Positions 1 to 13,111 of a DNA stretch of 64,000 nucleotides are shown here, in pieces. The notes under the pieces were generated by a model. The model saw only the letters and a program-made list of their open reading frames with translations. It was not told where the DNA came from and made no database searches. The DNA is from Octopus sinensis (taxonomy: Eukaryota): assembly GCF_006345805.1 (NCBI RefSeq), contig NC_043008.1, positions 50,034,001 through 50,098,000 of the forward strand, given 5' to 3'. How positions within the stretch are numbered: position 1 is the stretch's first letter; the number at the start of each line of letters is the position of its first letter. A program made the translations under genes and the position numbers.

Positions 1-216
1 GGGCAGGCAAAGATACCTAATGTTCATTATTTACATTTTACAGATATTTGTCCTCATCTTCTTTGTTATTAACAAATATCTGTTTAATGTAAATAATGTA
101 CATAATTCCTCATCTCTTAAATATAGAACGATACTTAATGTTATTTGTTACAGCCCTTTATGGTCTGACAATAACACCAGTGACTACACAAGTGTCAAGG
201 CATATAAACCCTAAGG

Positions 217-668
217 CAGCAGTCCCCAACCATTTTGGCGCCATGGACCAATTCCATGCAAGGCAATTTTTCCACAGACTGGGGTATTACGCACATAACA
301 AAACACAATAAAGTGCATAATATATTAATTTAATTATGGCGTTAGGAAGGGCATCCAGCCGTAGAAACACTGCCAGATCTGACTGGGCCTGATGAAGCCT
401 TCCGGCTTCACAGACCCCAGTTGAACCGTCCAACCCATGCTAGCATGGAAAACGGATGCTAAACGATGATGATGATGATGATGATGATGATTACATATAT
501 AATACATATGTATTACTTCTATAACAGAGATATGGTGCTAAAACACTCTGCAGACTGTGATATTGAATGAAAAAAAATATAATTAAGAGATTTATTCTTT
601 CTGTGCAGTTAAGTACCAGATGATCCACAGCCTGGTACTGGTTTCTGGCCCAGGAGTTGTGGGCCCTT
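217..668 (+). mobile_element. Degenerate hAT/Charlie-type MITE with a nested (GAT)n-tailed SINE fragment (about 340-490)
   Basis: The left end CAGCAGTCCCCAACCATTTTGGCGCCATGGACC resembles MER1/Charlie termini. A degenerate inverted end lies near 640-668. Confidence 0.45.
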
Positions 669-1024
669 GCCATAAGACATGGGTGGCATGGAAAGGGGAG
701 ACTAGCATGCAGGGGCGTGGTCAATCTTCCTCGTGAAATCTTAACCAAGGCTTGTGAATACATGTACAGATGTGTGGCTAGACTTGACCAATAGAGATCT
801 TAACATACACAAGTAACTGCCTAAACAAACAAAAACAACACCACTATGCAGCCACTGGACATGCTAAAAATAACAGTTAAACTCTTTAAACTCATACTTT
901 ACTACTTTGAAAGAAGGAGTAGATTTAGATAACCAAAAGAAGGGTCAGTCGTGGTTGGAATACTGTTGACCATAGGTCCACTAGGTCAAGGATGACCAAG
1001 GTTTAATTATAACAAAGTACTCAC

Positions 1025-1103
1025 CTCCAATTGGTGCAGCAAATGTGCAAGCAACACCAACAGCGCATGCTGCAGCTAACATCTCAGAGCGGCGGGATTC
1101 ATT
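1025..1103 (-). CDS. CLCN2: ClC-2-like chloride channel exon (79 nt, phase 0 to 1)
   Basis: Boundaries are ttttctcatttcag and GGAG|gtgagt. Translates [26 protein letters not shown](G), compared with ClC-2 [27 protein letters not shown]. Confidence 0.97.
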
Positions 1104-1431
1104 CTGAAATGAGAAAACATTACTATTGTCATCATCATCATCATCATTATTACATTTCTTTTAATCTCAGGTTTTGTTGGAACTCCTGGAGTCTTGAATG
1201 TATAGCAGGCTTACTGCCTGCACCCTGTGGTACCATGCTATCCATTCTTTTCACCTATCTAATACTCTCTTGATTATTCTGTCCGTGCCAAGGAGGCAAA
1301 CCTTTTGTAACAGTTCTACTGGAAACTCTATTCCAATTTCCTTTATATCCCCCTTGATGCTTTCTAATGCTATCCCCAAGGACCCAACAATAATTGGCAG
1401 TATCATCATAATCATCATCATCATTATTATT

Positions 1432-1665
1432 ATTAAGGTGGCAAGCTGGCAGAATTTTTAGTGTGCTGGACAAAATCCTAAGCAGTATTTCGCCCGTTGC
1501 TATGTTCTGAGATCAAATTCCACCAAGGTCAACTTTGCCTCTCATCCTTTTGGGGTCAATAAAATAAGTACCAGTTGAACACTGGGGTCAATGTAATCAA
1601 CTCACCCCGTCCCCCAAAATTGCTGCCCTTGTGGAAAAATTTGAAACCATTATCATTATCATTAT
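1432..1665 (+). mobile_element. tRNA-derived SINE, family A (AAT tail)
   Basis: Box A/B-like head followed by the core gtcaactttgcctctcatccttttggggtcaataaaataagtacc. Further copies at about 7319-7557(+), 8745-8975(-), 14005-14190(+), 17480-17700(-), 37270-37435(+), 45570-45785(+), 50860-51070(-), 52035-52250(-), 62411-62573(+) and 63690-63900(-). Confidence 0.85.
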
Positions 1666-2559
1666 TATTATTATTTGATTAAATCTCTCAGCTTATTTTG
1701 CTGGGTATGATGGAAAATGTCAGCTTTCCAAAGCCAGCAGACTAAGGTGACATAGTTTATTGGTCATGCTTCAAGAACCCTATGAAGAATTCTTGCAGTT
1801 GCAAGCAATGTTGATTTTTGTAGGTCTCCTATATCATTATTATTATTATTATTATTATTATCATTATTTTGTCGTTCAGATTTTGTTTAGCCCCAGGCCA
1901 ATCCCATTTCAGTAAACCTATGAGCAAAGGCATTCTAGTCAATGACAATCCTGTCTTTTTTAGAAAGTAAGATATGATTCAAGGAGGATTTAGCCACTGT
2001 TTAGTAGGATGAATGGCCAATTAGAGGTAACAATTTTGTGATTAATCTTCCCCAGTAACAATGTTTAGATCATAAGATCTCCAGGAAATAAATTTAGGCT
2101 CATAAGATCCCCTGCTAAGAATGTTTTGCTCATAAGCTTACCTAGTAACACTGTTTCAATCAAAAACTCAACAGGTACTAATAAGATCATATAATTCTTA
2201 GGTAGCAAATGTGTGATCAAAAGAACCCCTGAAAACTGGTAACAACACTTCAATCAGTGGAACAAGTGATGACAATATCTGAATCATAAAATCATCTGGT
2301 AGCAATCTTTACAATAATGATCTGTGGTCTTTTAGTCAGTATGTTTCCATCTACAACTCCTGCATATTCCAGTATACAAGTTGAATTTTTCAGGCCAAAA
2401 TTTACAACCCCAAAAAGGTAGGTTTTGGTAATATACCAAAACAAGTTGGTGGAATGAAAAGTTCCATGTGAAATGCAGCAGGATTTGGAAAGATAGAGAC
2501 AATGTTTGAATGCTTACACTTCACGTTTACACTATATAGACCATGTTGACTTGTATGTT

Positions 2560-2650
2560 GGAAAAAGAAAATAGGAGCAGAAAGTTAGATCAGAACAGCA
2601 CCTTGTTGGAACCCCTAACTTGACATTTGATTCAAAGACACAAAATCTAA
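2560..2650 (-). mobile_element. Possible LINE reverse-transcriptase relic
   Basis: A frameshifted VKLGVP/QGAVL resembles the RT GVxQGxVLSP motif. Very short and decayed. Confidence 0.35.
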
Positions 2651-3249
2651 GCAAATGAAATCACATAAAAGTACACAGAACCTTTGGTGGTAGAGGCGTT
2701 ACCATTCTACTGTGAAAGTTTTAAAGGTTGTGGGAGATGTATCCCACAGGAAAAATAAAAAGAAATAAAAAAAGAATAAGGTAAAACAGAAAAAAATACA
2801 ATAACTACATACAACAACAAAGAGGTCAATGTGAAAGGTCACTGTCACAAAATTAGAAAGTTAAATGGTACTTGACATTTTCAAATCACTTACCAAAGAT
2901 AATTCAGAATAATTTAAAAGTTGGCACAATTTCCACTGGATTTAGTTCACGAAACTTTGAAATAAACACACTTTGTTATGTTGCTCACAATTGTTGTTGT
3001 TGGTGTTGTTGTTGTGTAGTACCTGGTCAAACCTGATCAAGCAGATCTGTGATCAATGATGCTCCAGTTATGACCATCTCATCATGGTTATTTTTTTTTG
3101 TCAGGCACAGTATATCTAGGATTAGATTATTCTAAAGTACACTTCCCTTACAAAAGGTGATGTCTTTTATTTATGATCGACCTTTTAATTGTTTCACTAA
3201 TTGGATTGCAGCCAAGTTGAGGCACTGCTCTGAAGGGATTAGACAAACA

Positions 3250-3418
3250 AAGACACACACACACATGTGTGTGTGTGTATACATACATACATACATACAT
3301 ACATACACACACACATACATACATACATACATACATACACACACATAGATACACACACATACATACATACATACATACATACATACACACACATAGATAC
3401 ACATACATACATACATAT
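3250..3418. repeat. Compound (TACA)n/(CA)n microsatellite, representative of dozens of TA, CA, TACA, ATC, ATT and GATA tracts across the window
   Basis: Directly visible. Other long tracts at about 6180-6375, 18770-18845, 29420-29525, 32040-32130, 33840-33945, 35510-35630, 52600-52675 and 63500-63575. Confidence 0.98.
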
Positions 3419-3772
3419 GCTGTGCTTGAGAAGACCTGTCAAGCCAAATGAAACAATAGTTATGGCTGATGCCAGTGTCACATAAAAGGCACCCGTGCTG
3501 GTGGCACACAGAAAGCACCCTTTGAACTTTGGGTTTCATGGAAGCAATGATAAGTGACTCGTCAAGCCAAGTGAAGTCGTAGTTGTGGCTGATGCCAGTG
3601 TCACATGACTGACACATAAAAAGCACTTGTTACACTCTTGGAGTGGTTGGTGCCAGGAAGGGCATCCAGCCATAGAAACCATGCCAAATCAGATTGGAAC
3701 CTGGTGCAGCTTGCCAGTTTCAGTCAAACCGTTGAACCCATGAAAGCAGACGCTAAATGATGATGATGATGA
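3415..3772 (+). mobile_element. (GAT)n-tailed SINE-like repeat, family C
   Basis: Core gagtggttggcgttaggaagggcatccagc...ccaacccatgccagcatggaaa...gttaaa(tga)n. Other copies at about 7605-7830(-), 14197-14545(-), 15128-15325(+), 17230-17460(-), 20452-20690(-), 24230-24452(+), 28065-28270(-), 34480-34880(+), 42420-42697(+), 43480-43635(-), 44750-45410(+), 51590-51895(-), 55865-55995(+) and 56830-57030(+). Confidence 0.85.
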
Positions 3773-4866
3773 TAACAGGTTTCTTTCAGGTCCTGTCTTA
3801 CCAAATCCACTTGCCAAAAGTGCTACGCAATGGGATTGAACCTGAAATGAAGTAGTTGGAAAGCAAACTTCTTAACCACTCAGCGTCACCTGCGTTTTAT
3901 ATATCTTATACATAGATGGCAATTTCTGTTTGTTGATCTGTCTGTTACCATTTTGCTGCCTACACCAGTGAACCAATCTTGATGAAACTTTGCATACATG
4001 TTAAACTAACATCCAGTTCAATTATAGGCTAATTGGTTTTCAATAAAAATCTATAATGGGCCCCCTAGGTAGATTGGACTATTATTTGATAATAGCTGAT
4101 CAGCTTCTGTCAAACAGTCCAACCCATGCCAGCATGGAAAACAGACGTTAAGTGATGATGATGATGGTGGCTGGTTTAATTCAATCTCTGTGTAGATATC
4201 TCTCTCAATACCATCTCTTTTGTCCTTGTAGCAGTTGACAATGATAGTTCTTTGCTGGTCATTGTGTATGACATCTCCCTATAGAATCTCAATTACAATG
4301 GATGTGATTAGCACATGACCAAGAGGCCCTCTCTTTCTTCATATTCTTAATTGTGCTTTTAACTACACAGTTGTCAAGAGAATGCATGTATCGTTATATA
4401 TACACACATAAATATATGTTATAATGAGAACCATAAATCTCGTGAAATACAGCTGCCCAAGTTTTCTTGATCAAAATAATTTATTTTGCTATTTTTCGAG
4501 CTGATTAGAACAAGACCATTTTGCAGTGCATTCAAAGCAGATGACATTTGAACAGAGAATGCTCATGATGAAGGAGACAGAAAGAAACAGATGGGGAAGC
4601 ACAGCAGAGATAATCAATGTTACAATGAACATATATGTCAAAAGTACATAAATCACATTGAGAAGTTGTGTCAGCTGCTCCATTTCTAAATTCCACCAAA
4701 ATATATTTTGTTAAAAGGCAGACATAAAAAAAAATCTCATTCCTGAAATTGGCATAATCAGTGGCGGCTTTTAAGTTCTTGAAACAATATGGTTTTTCAA
4801 TATGGTTTTAAATTTTCCAAGGAAATGAATGAACTGGAGTGAAACAAAGTAAAATATATTAGAATA

Positions 4867-5350
4867 CAGTGATCCCTCGATTATCGCGGTAGATTGGTTC
4901 CGAGACCGGCCGCGATAACTGAATTTCCGCGAAGTAGGGACACCATATTTACAGTATTTCTTTAACATGTATTTGGACTTTTAAAACCCTCCCTGTACTG
5001 TTAACAACCCACCCTTTAAAGTAGTCTATTAATAACAAGGACAACTGTTAAGCAATAACACTTTAGATTTTTTTAAAATAAAGATTGTTACTGTTACACA
5101 GGCCAGATTACAAAATAGAAGGCTGTGATTTGTCATCTCTCTCTCCATTGCACCAATCACAGCCCATCTTAAGTTCAAATACCTCTGTATATACTTTTTT
5201 GCTATTTTACGCTTGTTTTGTTGTTCCTAGACTAGGAAATAATATTTATTATTAATATTTTAATGGATTTAATGAAAAATTTTAGGCGTTCATATATATA
5301 TATTTTTAAAATTTATGAAGTCATGAATCCAAAGTAGTGAGGGATCACTG
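4867..5350. mobile_element. Tc1/mariner-superfamily (Tigger/pogo-like) MITE
   Basis: Terminal inverted repeats CAGTGATCCCTC...GAGGGATCACTG are flanked by TA on both sides. Confidence 0.85.
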
Positions 5351-5430
5351 TATTTATATTTATTACATTTAAGAATTTTTAATCTGGCATTTGAGAATGC
5401 CCATGCATCAACTAAATGTGGTGCGCATGC

Positions 5431-5468
<38 letters not shown>

Positions 5469-5646
5469 ATAAAAACACGACCTGAAACTACCTTTTAATT
5501 GCTTACATAATAGTAACCTTTCATCAGTTTATCTATTATCTGTAAGACTACACACACACACACACACACAGTGTTTGGAATTATGTTCTAAATACTTAAA
5601 TGATAACCTTTGATATATTTACCTACTGACTATCAGCCCTTCTCTT

Positions 5647-5681
<35 letters not shown>

Positions 5682-5843
5682 CATAACAAAGTAAGCACAT
5701 AAACGTGAAACAAGGTGGGGGAAAAAATAGTACTCGAATACGGGAGGTAGAGCTATATGCTTTATCTTTATCAAAGCTGCAAAGGCATCACAAAAGTATC
5801 ACAAAAAAAACTGCTACACAGAGTTTCATGTTCCCCTTTGTTA

Positions 5844-5878
<35 letters not shown>

Positions 5879-6183
5879 CAGGAAGCTTTATGAAAATAAA
5901 CAAAAGACGAAGGCAGGTGGAATACAAACAAACAATTGTATTAGTATGGCGCTCAGGAATATAAATAAAACAATATATATATATATATATATATACTTTA
6001 TAAAAATAGGGTAAAGTGAAATAATTTACTTTACCACACACCGAGCTTTTTAGAAATAGCAGCCAAAAATTTTTATAAAGTAATATTTCAAATTTACCCT
6101 ATTTTTATAAAGTAATATTTCAAATATACCGTAAATGGTCATTTTACATACCGAACACTGCTCGGTCGAATTAATTAATAATT

Positions 6184-6226
<43 letters not shown>

Positions 6227-6248
6227 TTACACACACACATAGATACAT

Positions 6249-6293
<45 letters not shown>

Positions 6294-7318
6294 TATACAT
6301 ATCTCTATATATATACATACATATCTCTATATATATACATACATATATATACATATGTATATACACATATATATACAAAATGAGAAAATGGAGAAATATA
6401 TCTAAATCAATCATCAACTATCAGATAATACCGAATCAATACTTTATTAAAACACTACACAATAGCAATGATATTATACATTGGATATATGTTATCCCAT
6501 GGAGGGTTGAATTTACAACCCCTATCTCATTTTACACATATATATATATATTTTTTTTTTTTACTCTCTAGTTTCAGCTCAGAGCTGCAGCCATGCTGAT
6601 GCACTGCCGTTGTGAGTGTGTATATATATATATACACACATGGTGTTAAGAAGGGCATCCGGCCATAAAAACCATACCAAATCAGACTAGAGTCTGTGTG
6701 CTGTCTTCGTCAAACTATCCAACTGATGCCAGCATGAACAACAGACATTAAATGATGGTGATGCTGATGATGATGATGATATACGCACACACACACACAC
6801 ACACACAATGACACAAACAACCCAAACGTCTGTAACACTAACTTCAGGAAACCATCCAACCACTTAATCGCTATCAGTAAGACAAACAAGCAAAAACCAA
6901 ACACTGCACTACCATGAGGAAACGGGATAGACAGATGGTTGTGAATATCAAGTGTCTCCTCAGGGAAGAATATATCGCCAATGACAACAGAATCGGAGCT
7001 AGACAGACTCATTGACACGAGGCTATCCGGAGAAGGAAGATACAGAAAGTGAAAGAGCCACCCACTAGATTTAGGTAGACACAGGTGCAGGGTGGTCCTA
7101 GGTGATGAGTGTAACAAGGAGGAAGTGGAGAGTCTAGTTTATAACAAAGAGGAAAACGGGGAGTGTCTATGAGATGACCAGCTGTAAGCCATAGATGGGG
7201 TCTGAGGCTGCAGCAAGATGCCAGGCAGGGGAAAGATGGCAGGGTGGCAATATGATGCAGTAATACAATTATTCTTTTCTACTCTAGGCACAGGTTGTTA
7301 CCAAAAGGATTAATCATA

Positions 7319-7557
7319 AGGCGGCGAGCTGGCAGAAACGTTAGCACACCGGGCAAAATGCTTAGCAGTATTTCGTCTGCTGCTACGTTCTGAGTTCAAA
7401 TTCTGCTGAGGTCGACTATGCCTTTCATCCTTTCGGAGTCGATTAAATAAGTACCAGTTACGCACTGGGGTCGATATAATCGACTTAATCTGTTTGTCTG
7501 TCCTTGTTTGTCCCCTCTGTGTGTAGCCCCTTGTGGGCAGTAAAGAAATAAGAAAAA
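7319..7557 (+). mobile_element. Well-preserved family A SINE with target-site duplication
   Basis: Flanked by the direct repeat GATTAATCATA. The 3' tail differs from the 1432 copy. Confidence 0.85.
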
Positions 7558-7899
7558 GATTAATCATAAACCAACTGAAATACAGATGGTCTTGGACAAA
7601 ATCATCATCATCATCATAGTTTAATGTCCACTTTCCATGCTGGCATGGGTTGGGCGGTTTGACATGGAGCTGGCTAGCAGGGAGCTGTCCAGACTCCAAC
7701 GGCATGTTGTGGCATGGTTTCTAAGTCCGGATGCCCTTCCTAATGCCAACCACTTAAGAGAGTGTTCTGGTACCTTTTACAAGCCACCAGCACAAGTACG
7801 TTTACGCAGCACTGGCACGGGTGTTTTCTAAGTGGCACCAACACAAAAATCATTTCCACATATTCCTAATACATAGAAATGGTAAAATTAATGCTTTAA

Positions 7900-8122
7900 C
7901 CCTTTGGCATTCAGATTATTCCATCAAATGGTAATCCTTATTTATCCACATTGTTTTGAATTAATCTGGCATTTATCTCATAGCATCGAAATTTCAAATG
8001 CAGTGTTTGTTTATTTTTAGAAGAACATTGTAGGGTAGGTGTGAGAAGCAAGATCTGGCCAGTCTGAACATACAACAACCTGAATATTTGGACTGGATAT
8101 GGCCAGATTAACTGCTAATGGG
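7900..8122. mobile_element. piggyBac-like MITE, family F
   Basis: TTAA|CCCTTTGGCAT...GCTAATGGG|TTAA. Related copies at about 12510-12680, 20745-20965, 45885-46097, 62335-62740 and 63900-64000. Confidence 0.75.
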
Positions 8123-9333
8123 TTAAACATCTTAACAGTCAAAATGATGGAATGTTCTTTCACAGAGCTTTTCAGTTTTTTTTCTTTTCTTTTAAATTAT
8201 TTTCTCTCTTCTTTGGAATTCTGCAGGTATAATTCTAGTTGTTAAGTTGAAGCATTTGAGAATTCCAGTTTTACAAATAACTACTGCTTCGAATTAACAA
8301 ACTAAGTACTAACGACCAAACTTGTCAAAAGAGAATCTTTAAATAGATTTCTACAGCAAACAAACCAACCAAACTTAATCTTCTCTGTATTTAACTACAC
8401 ACCTTTCACCAAACAGATTTATTTGCCGTGTGTAAAGCCAGCTCAAAAGAGTTTTCAACTTAAAAGTGTTGCTAGAACTAGGTCGACACAGACTTCTTCA
8501 TCGACAAAACAGACAGACTTCTTTGCCAAACTGACATCATGTTATAACAATAGAACATGACAATTAAAAGTGTTATTTTCTAAGACGTTTTACACCTGTT
8601 TGTTTGTGCCATTATTCAAATAGGTCTTGTAAAGTACACAGAAGCAGACAGCAGGGTTTGGTGCAGTCTTTTTGATTTACCAATTCCTGTTGAACCATCC
8701 AACCATGGCAAATGGATATTTACTGACGATGATGCTGATGACGATAGAATATTCTTTTCTACTCTAGGCACATGGCCCGAAATTTTGGGGGTAGGGGGCC
8801 AGTCGATTAGATCAACCCCAGTATGCAACTGGTACTTAATCTATCGACCCCAAAAGGATGAAAGGCAAAGTCAACCTTGGCGGAATTTGAACTCAGAATG
8901 TAAAGACAGACGAAATATCACTAAGCATTTCACCTGGCATGTTAACGTTTCTGCCAGCTTGCCACCTTATGACAATAGAATATTGCCAAAACCAAAAAGA
9001 TTCAAGTCATATAAAGATCAAAGGGTATAGAGTTCCAAATTGTAATAAGATTGAATTGCATTAAAACTGAACTTAATACGAAAACAAGAAAATACAAAGT
9101 TAAAACTTCATCATTTAACATCTACTTTTCAATGCTGGCATGGGTCAGACGGAATTCATTGTGGCATATTTTCTATGGCCAGATGCCCTTCCTGTTGCCA
9201 ACCCTCACCTATTTCCAAGAATAATGATATTTTCTCCATGACTGGACATTTTTCCATGAAAGATTGGAAACAAAGGACATGACTAATATGACAGTGATTC
9301 TTGCTTACAATTATCGACCAATGTTAAGATTAA

Positions 9334-9961
9334 CCCTTTTGTTACCAACCCGGCTGAAACCGGCTCTGGCTCAGCAGTACAAATGTCTTGTTTTCAAAAG
9401 TTTTGAATTAAAATCTTCCACCAAACCTTACTCTTTTACTCTTTTACTTGTTTCAGTCATTTGACTGCGGCCATGCTGGAGCACTGCCTTTAATCGAGCA
9501 ACTCGAGCCCAGGACTTATTCTTTTGTAAGCCCAGTACTTATTCTATCAGTCTCTTTTGCCGAACCGCTAAGTGACGGGGACATAAACACACCAGCATCG
9601 GTTGTCAAGCAATGCTAGGGGGACAAACACAGACACACACACACATATATGTATATATATATACATATATACGACAGGCTTCTTTCAGTTTCCATCTACC
9701 AAATCTACTCACAAGGCTTTGGTCGGCCCGAGGCTATAGTAGAAGACACTTACCCAAGGTGCCACGCAGTGGGACTGAACCCGGAACCATGTGGTTGGTA
9801 GACAAGCTACTTACCACACAGCCACTCCTGCGCCTTAGTCACAATTTATGTTCCTAACACTAGCTGAATGATAACTAAATTATTTTACTAAATTTTTTGT
9901 TATATTTAATGTAATTGAAAGAAACACAGAGCATCTCAAAATAAATACAGTAAGGAAAGGG
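9334..9961. mobile_element. piggyBac-like MITE, family E, interrupted by a family B SINE
   Basis: TTAA|CCCTTTTGTTAC...GTAAGGAAAGGG|TTAA. An uninterrupted copy is at 30074-30294 and an internally deleted copy at 29764-29921. Confidence 0.85.
9436..9838 (-). mobile_element. tRNA-derived SINE, family B, with internal (TA)n(TG)n
   Basis: Head GGCGCAGGAGTGGCTGTGTGGT (box A) with GGTTCAGTCCC (box B), and tail ...gactgaaacaagtaaaagag. Other copies at about 15725-16133(-), 19487-19880(+), 21850-22300(-), 25922-26310(+), 27115-27280(-), 30505-30900(-), 35357-35852(+), 44290-44470(-) and 52675-53087(-). Confidence 0.9.
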
Positions 9962-10353
9962 TTAAAAGAAGCAAAGACACACAAAACAAAGGTACAAACA
10001 TATATATACAAATTGAGATTACAACACTTCTCCCTGAATGGGATGCCAGTCCATCACAGAGTTAACTTCCCCAGTTATTGCTGGAAATCATTCACAGATG
10101 AGTTGACAGGAGGAATGTGAAATGAAGAGATTTTGCTCAGGAACACAACACACCACCAAGCCCTGAAATCGAAACAACTATCTTACAACTGAGAGTGTGA
10201 CAGCTTTAACCACTAAGCCGTGCACCTTCACACCACATGACTAATCGATGAAATCAAAAAATGAATGGAGTATAAAAAAAAGACTAAGAGTAGAACAACA
10301 AATGCTGCGTTTTGTGTTTGGTGACAGGATTGAAATGAAAGCAAAACACTTAC

Positions 10354-10431
10354 TTCATAGATACCACGAAAAGAGCCAACCAGCTTTCCTAGGAGTGTAG
10401 CAACTATACTTGCTATGTGTACAAATGGACC
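10354..10431 (-). CDS. CLCN2: ClC-2-like chloride channel exon (78 nt, phase 0 to 0)
   Basis: Boundaries are ttttccttcttttag and GAA|gtaagt. Translates GPFVHIASIVATLLGKLVGSFRGIYE. Not captured by the ORF track. Confidence 0.97.
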
Positions 10432-10806
10432 CTAAAAGAAGGAAAAGAAGAAATATATATAAATACATATACATATATACAATTTGTAGCCAAATAAGGC
10501 AAGTGGAAATTGGAAGATGTAAATATTTGTTTCTTGTGCTAAAAGTATTGTGGAAACCTTAAACCTTACAAGACAATGAATGTGTGTATGCGTGTGTGTC
10601 TGTATATATACATACATATACACACACACAGAGACAGGCACACATGCACACACACACACATATTATATATATAGATGCATGCGTGTGTGTGTGTGCAAGA
10701 AGGAAGGCATATCATGTGCGTGTGTGTGTGTGCGTGTGTGTGTGTATATATCATTATCATCATCATCGCTTAACATCCATTTTCCATGCTGGCATGGGTT
10801 GGATGA

Positions 10807-10838
<32 letters not shown>

Positions 10839-12711
10839 GTGCGCGCACACCCACACACATTCACATTTATATAGGTGTATGTATGTGTGTATATATATAC
10901 ATATATATACACACATATATATATAGTCGTCATGATAGATTGTTAGCCACTAAACACATTTTTTTCTCTCCTTGTTTTTTCTGCGTCCTTTTCTGTAGAA
11001 GAGCGTAGGCTCGAAACTTAAATGACTTTCTATTCCTGAGCATTATACTAATACATCTGTTTGTTTTGTACACCACCTGTCTTCATCTTTTGTTTTTTCG
11101 TAGTCTTGATGGTAGTCTACAATATTTTACATAATATAGCTCTAGATATACAAAAAAAGATGGAATGTTCACAGCTAGAATGCTCCTGATGAGAGATTTG
11201 CAATAACAATAACTGCAAAATAGCAGGCGTTAGAACTTTGTATATCCAAAACGTCTGCAAAGGCCAGGAGAAATTCACTTCTTCCGAATATTGCTATTTT
11301 AGCACCAGGTCTGCCCTGGTCAAAAGGACCTTTGATCTGTGTAACCATCCCATATTTCAACATGTATCTTCCCCCTACCCATACCATGAAGTCAATGAAC
11401 AATTTTGGTGACTTCCTTGACAAAGGTTATGTGTTTACCATAGAATATTTATGGGATGTTTACCATAGAACTTCCATGCCAGAATATTTGGTTTGAGTTT
11501 TAATCACATTGTTTTTTCATGAGCTGAAATATCTCACCAGCAAACACCACAACCACAGATGGCAGCAGTGGTTTGCTAACTGAACTGGTTGACCCTGGCT
11601 GTTGGCAATTTCTTGTCTGTTCATCTATTCAGCATCTATGGATGTTCGCCATTGATTCAATAAGACTCATTTACTGAAATAATTCACATCCACCATGCTG
11701 CATCTCATGAGTGGTTAGTTACATGCTATTTAACCCATGGCAGGGTGACCTAGAAACAATACTGTCTAAAAGGTGGTTTCACGCTCTTCAAAATCCAAGA
11801 ACTCCAAAAACCAGGGTCCCACTATCAGATGCAATTTAACACCATACACAAAAACTACTATTTTGTCCCAACATTCAAACCCAATGTTTCTCTCTGAAAC
11901 TTACAATATTAAACTCAAATCTCATAAAGCAAACTTGTTTGTTTAGCAAATTCACTTCCACAGCACAAATTTCATTTCTTACTAAAATATTTTAGCTTAT
12001 AAATTTTTGTTTTGTTTTTGTTGACATTGACTAACACTAGTTCCCTTAAACTCTAGCATTTATCTTATCATTTTTGTCAGATATTTCTTCCCACACAATT
12101 TTCCCTCAAATTCTTAACACAAATCTGAGAAATTATGACGAAAATAGAAGCAACAAGACTAAGTACTTAATGACTTCTAGCCCAGTGTATGAAGGTAGTG
12201 AGTTCAAATCTCAAAGACAATTTAGTTATTATTTTTTTTATCTTACTTTAGCTCTTATATTCTTAAATTTGTCTTAGCCATCACATCAAAGGTCATACTG
12301 CAGCACCACCTTTACAATCAGAGACGTTTAAGGCAAGACGTGTAGAGATCTGGTGGTGACCTAATTAAAAACTAAATGGGTTAATTAAGTGAAGTAAGTG
12401 CAGCTGATGACACACAACTGCAATGACTAATAAAGAGGAAGAGACAATATTGTCTAGAGGTCAACAATCAGGTTAACTGGCCGAGGGCACTGTAGTACAA
12501 TAAACTTTTAACATTTAAACTGGCCATATTCAGCCCAAATATTCTACTTTGTTTTATGTTCAAACTGGCCAGATTCAGCGTCTCATACCTACCCTACAAT
12601 GTCATTCTAAAGATAAACAATCACATCATCAAAATCTCAAAGATATGACATAAGTCATGATTAATTCAAAACTAAGTTTTCCCAGCAAAAAAGAAGTCAA
12701 GTGCATAGAAA

Positions 12712-13111
12712 TCTTTATATATAAAAGTGAAGTTGTGTGTCTGTCTCCTACGATTTAGATTCCTAACTACTCCCACATTTTGCGGTGCAGTTTAACCAAA
12801 ACCGGGTATCTTATAGTCGTGATTCATATCGAGCCCTTCTGGGTATTAGCGCGCGTCTACGATGAGTCTACGATTTAAAAAATAATTTACCATCATTTTT
12901 TTTCCATTTTAATGCATTTTTTCGCTATTATATAAGGGAAGTAACTCTCTAAAAATGTCTACGATGAGTCAACGATTTTTAAAAAAAATTTACCATCATT
13001 TTTTTTTCCATTTTTAATGCATTTTTTGCTACTTTTTGGCTATAACTCTCTAAAAATGCTTATATAGTTATTTCCCTTACAAACCCGAGCAACGCCGGGT
13101 GATACTGCTAG
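12712..13111 (+). mobile_element. Non-autonomous Helitron-like element
   Basis: A|TC start, subterminal hairpin CCCGagcaacgcCGGG and CTAG|T end. No target-site duplication. Confidence 0.85.

Noticed and set aside
1-1024. Next ClC-2 exon (GVLFSIEVT…NYWRGF)
   Set aside because: No matching sequence found on the minus strand; the gene must continue left of the window.
2060-2200. Repeated TCATAAG(ATC) motif spaced about 33 bp apart
   Set aside because: Only three or four weak copies; most likely a decayed short tandem duplication.
3148-3626. Long His/Thr/Tyr/Ile- or Val/Cys/Met-rich ORFs (also about 10430-11000, 25550-26000, 29270-29650, 35350-35940 and 42900-43390)
   Set aside because: These are translations of microsatellites and SINEs, not genes.
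11175-11423. ORF containing GPFDQG as the exon following GKE
   Set aside because: Only GPF matches. The real GPFVHIAS exon is 10354-10431. This region looks like decayed repeat sequence.
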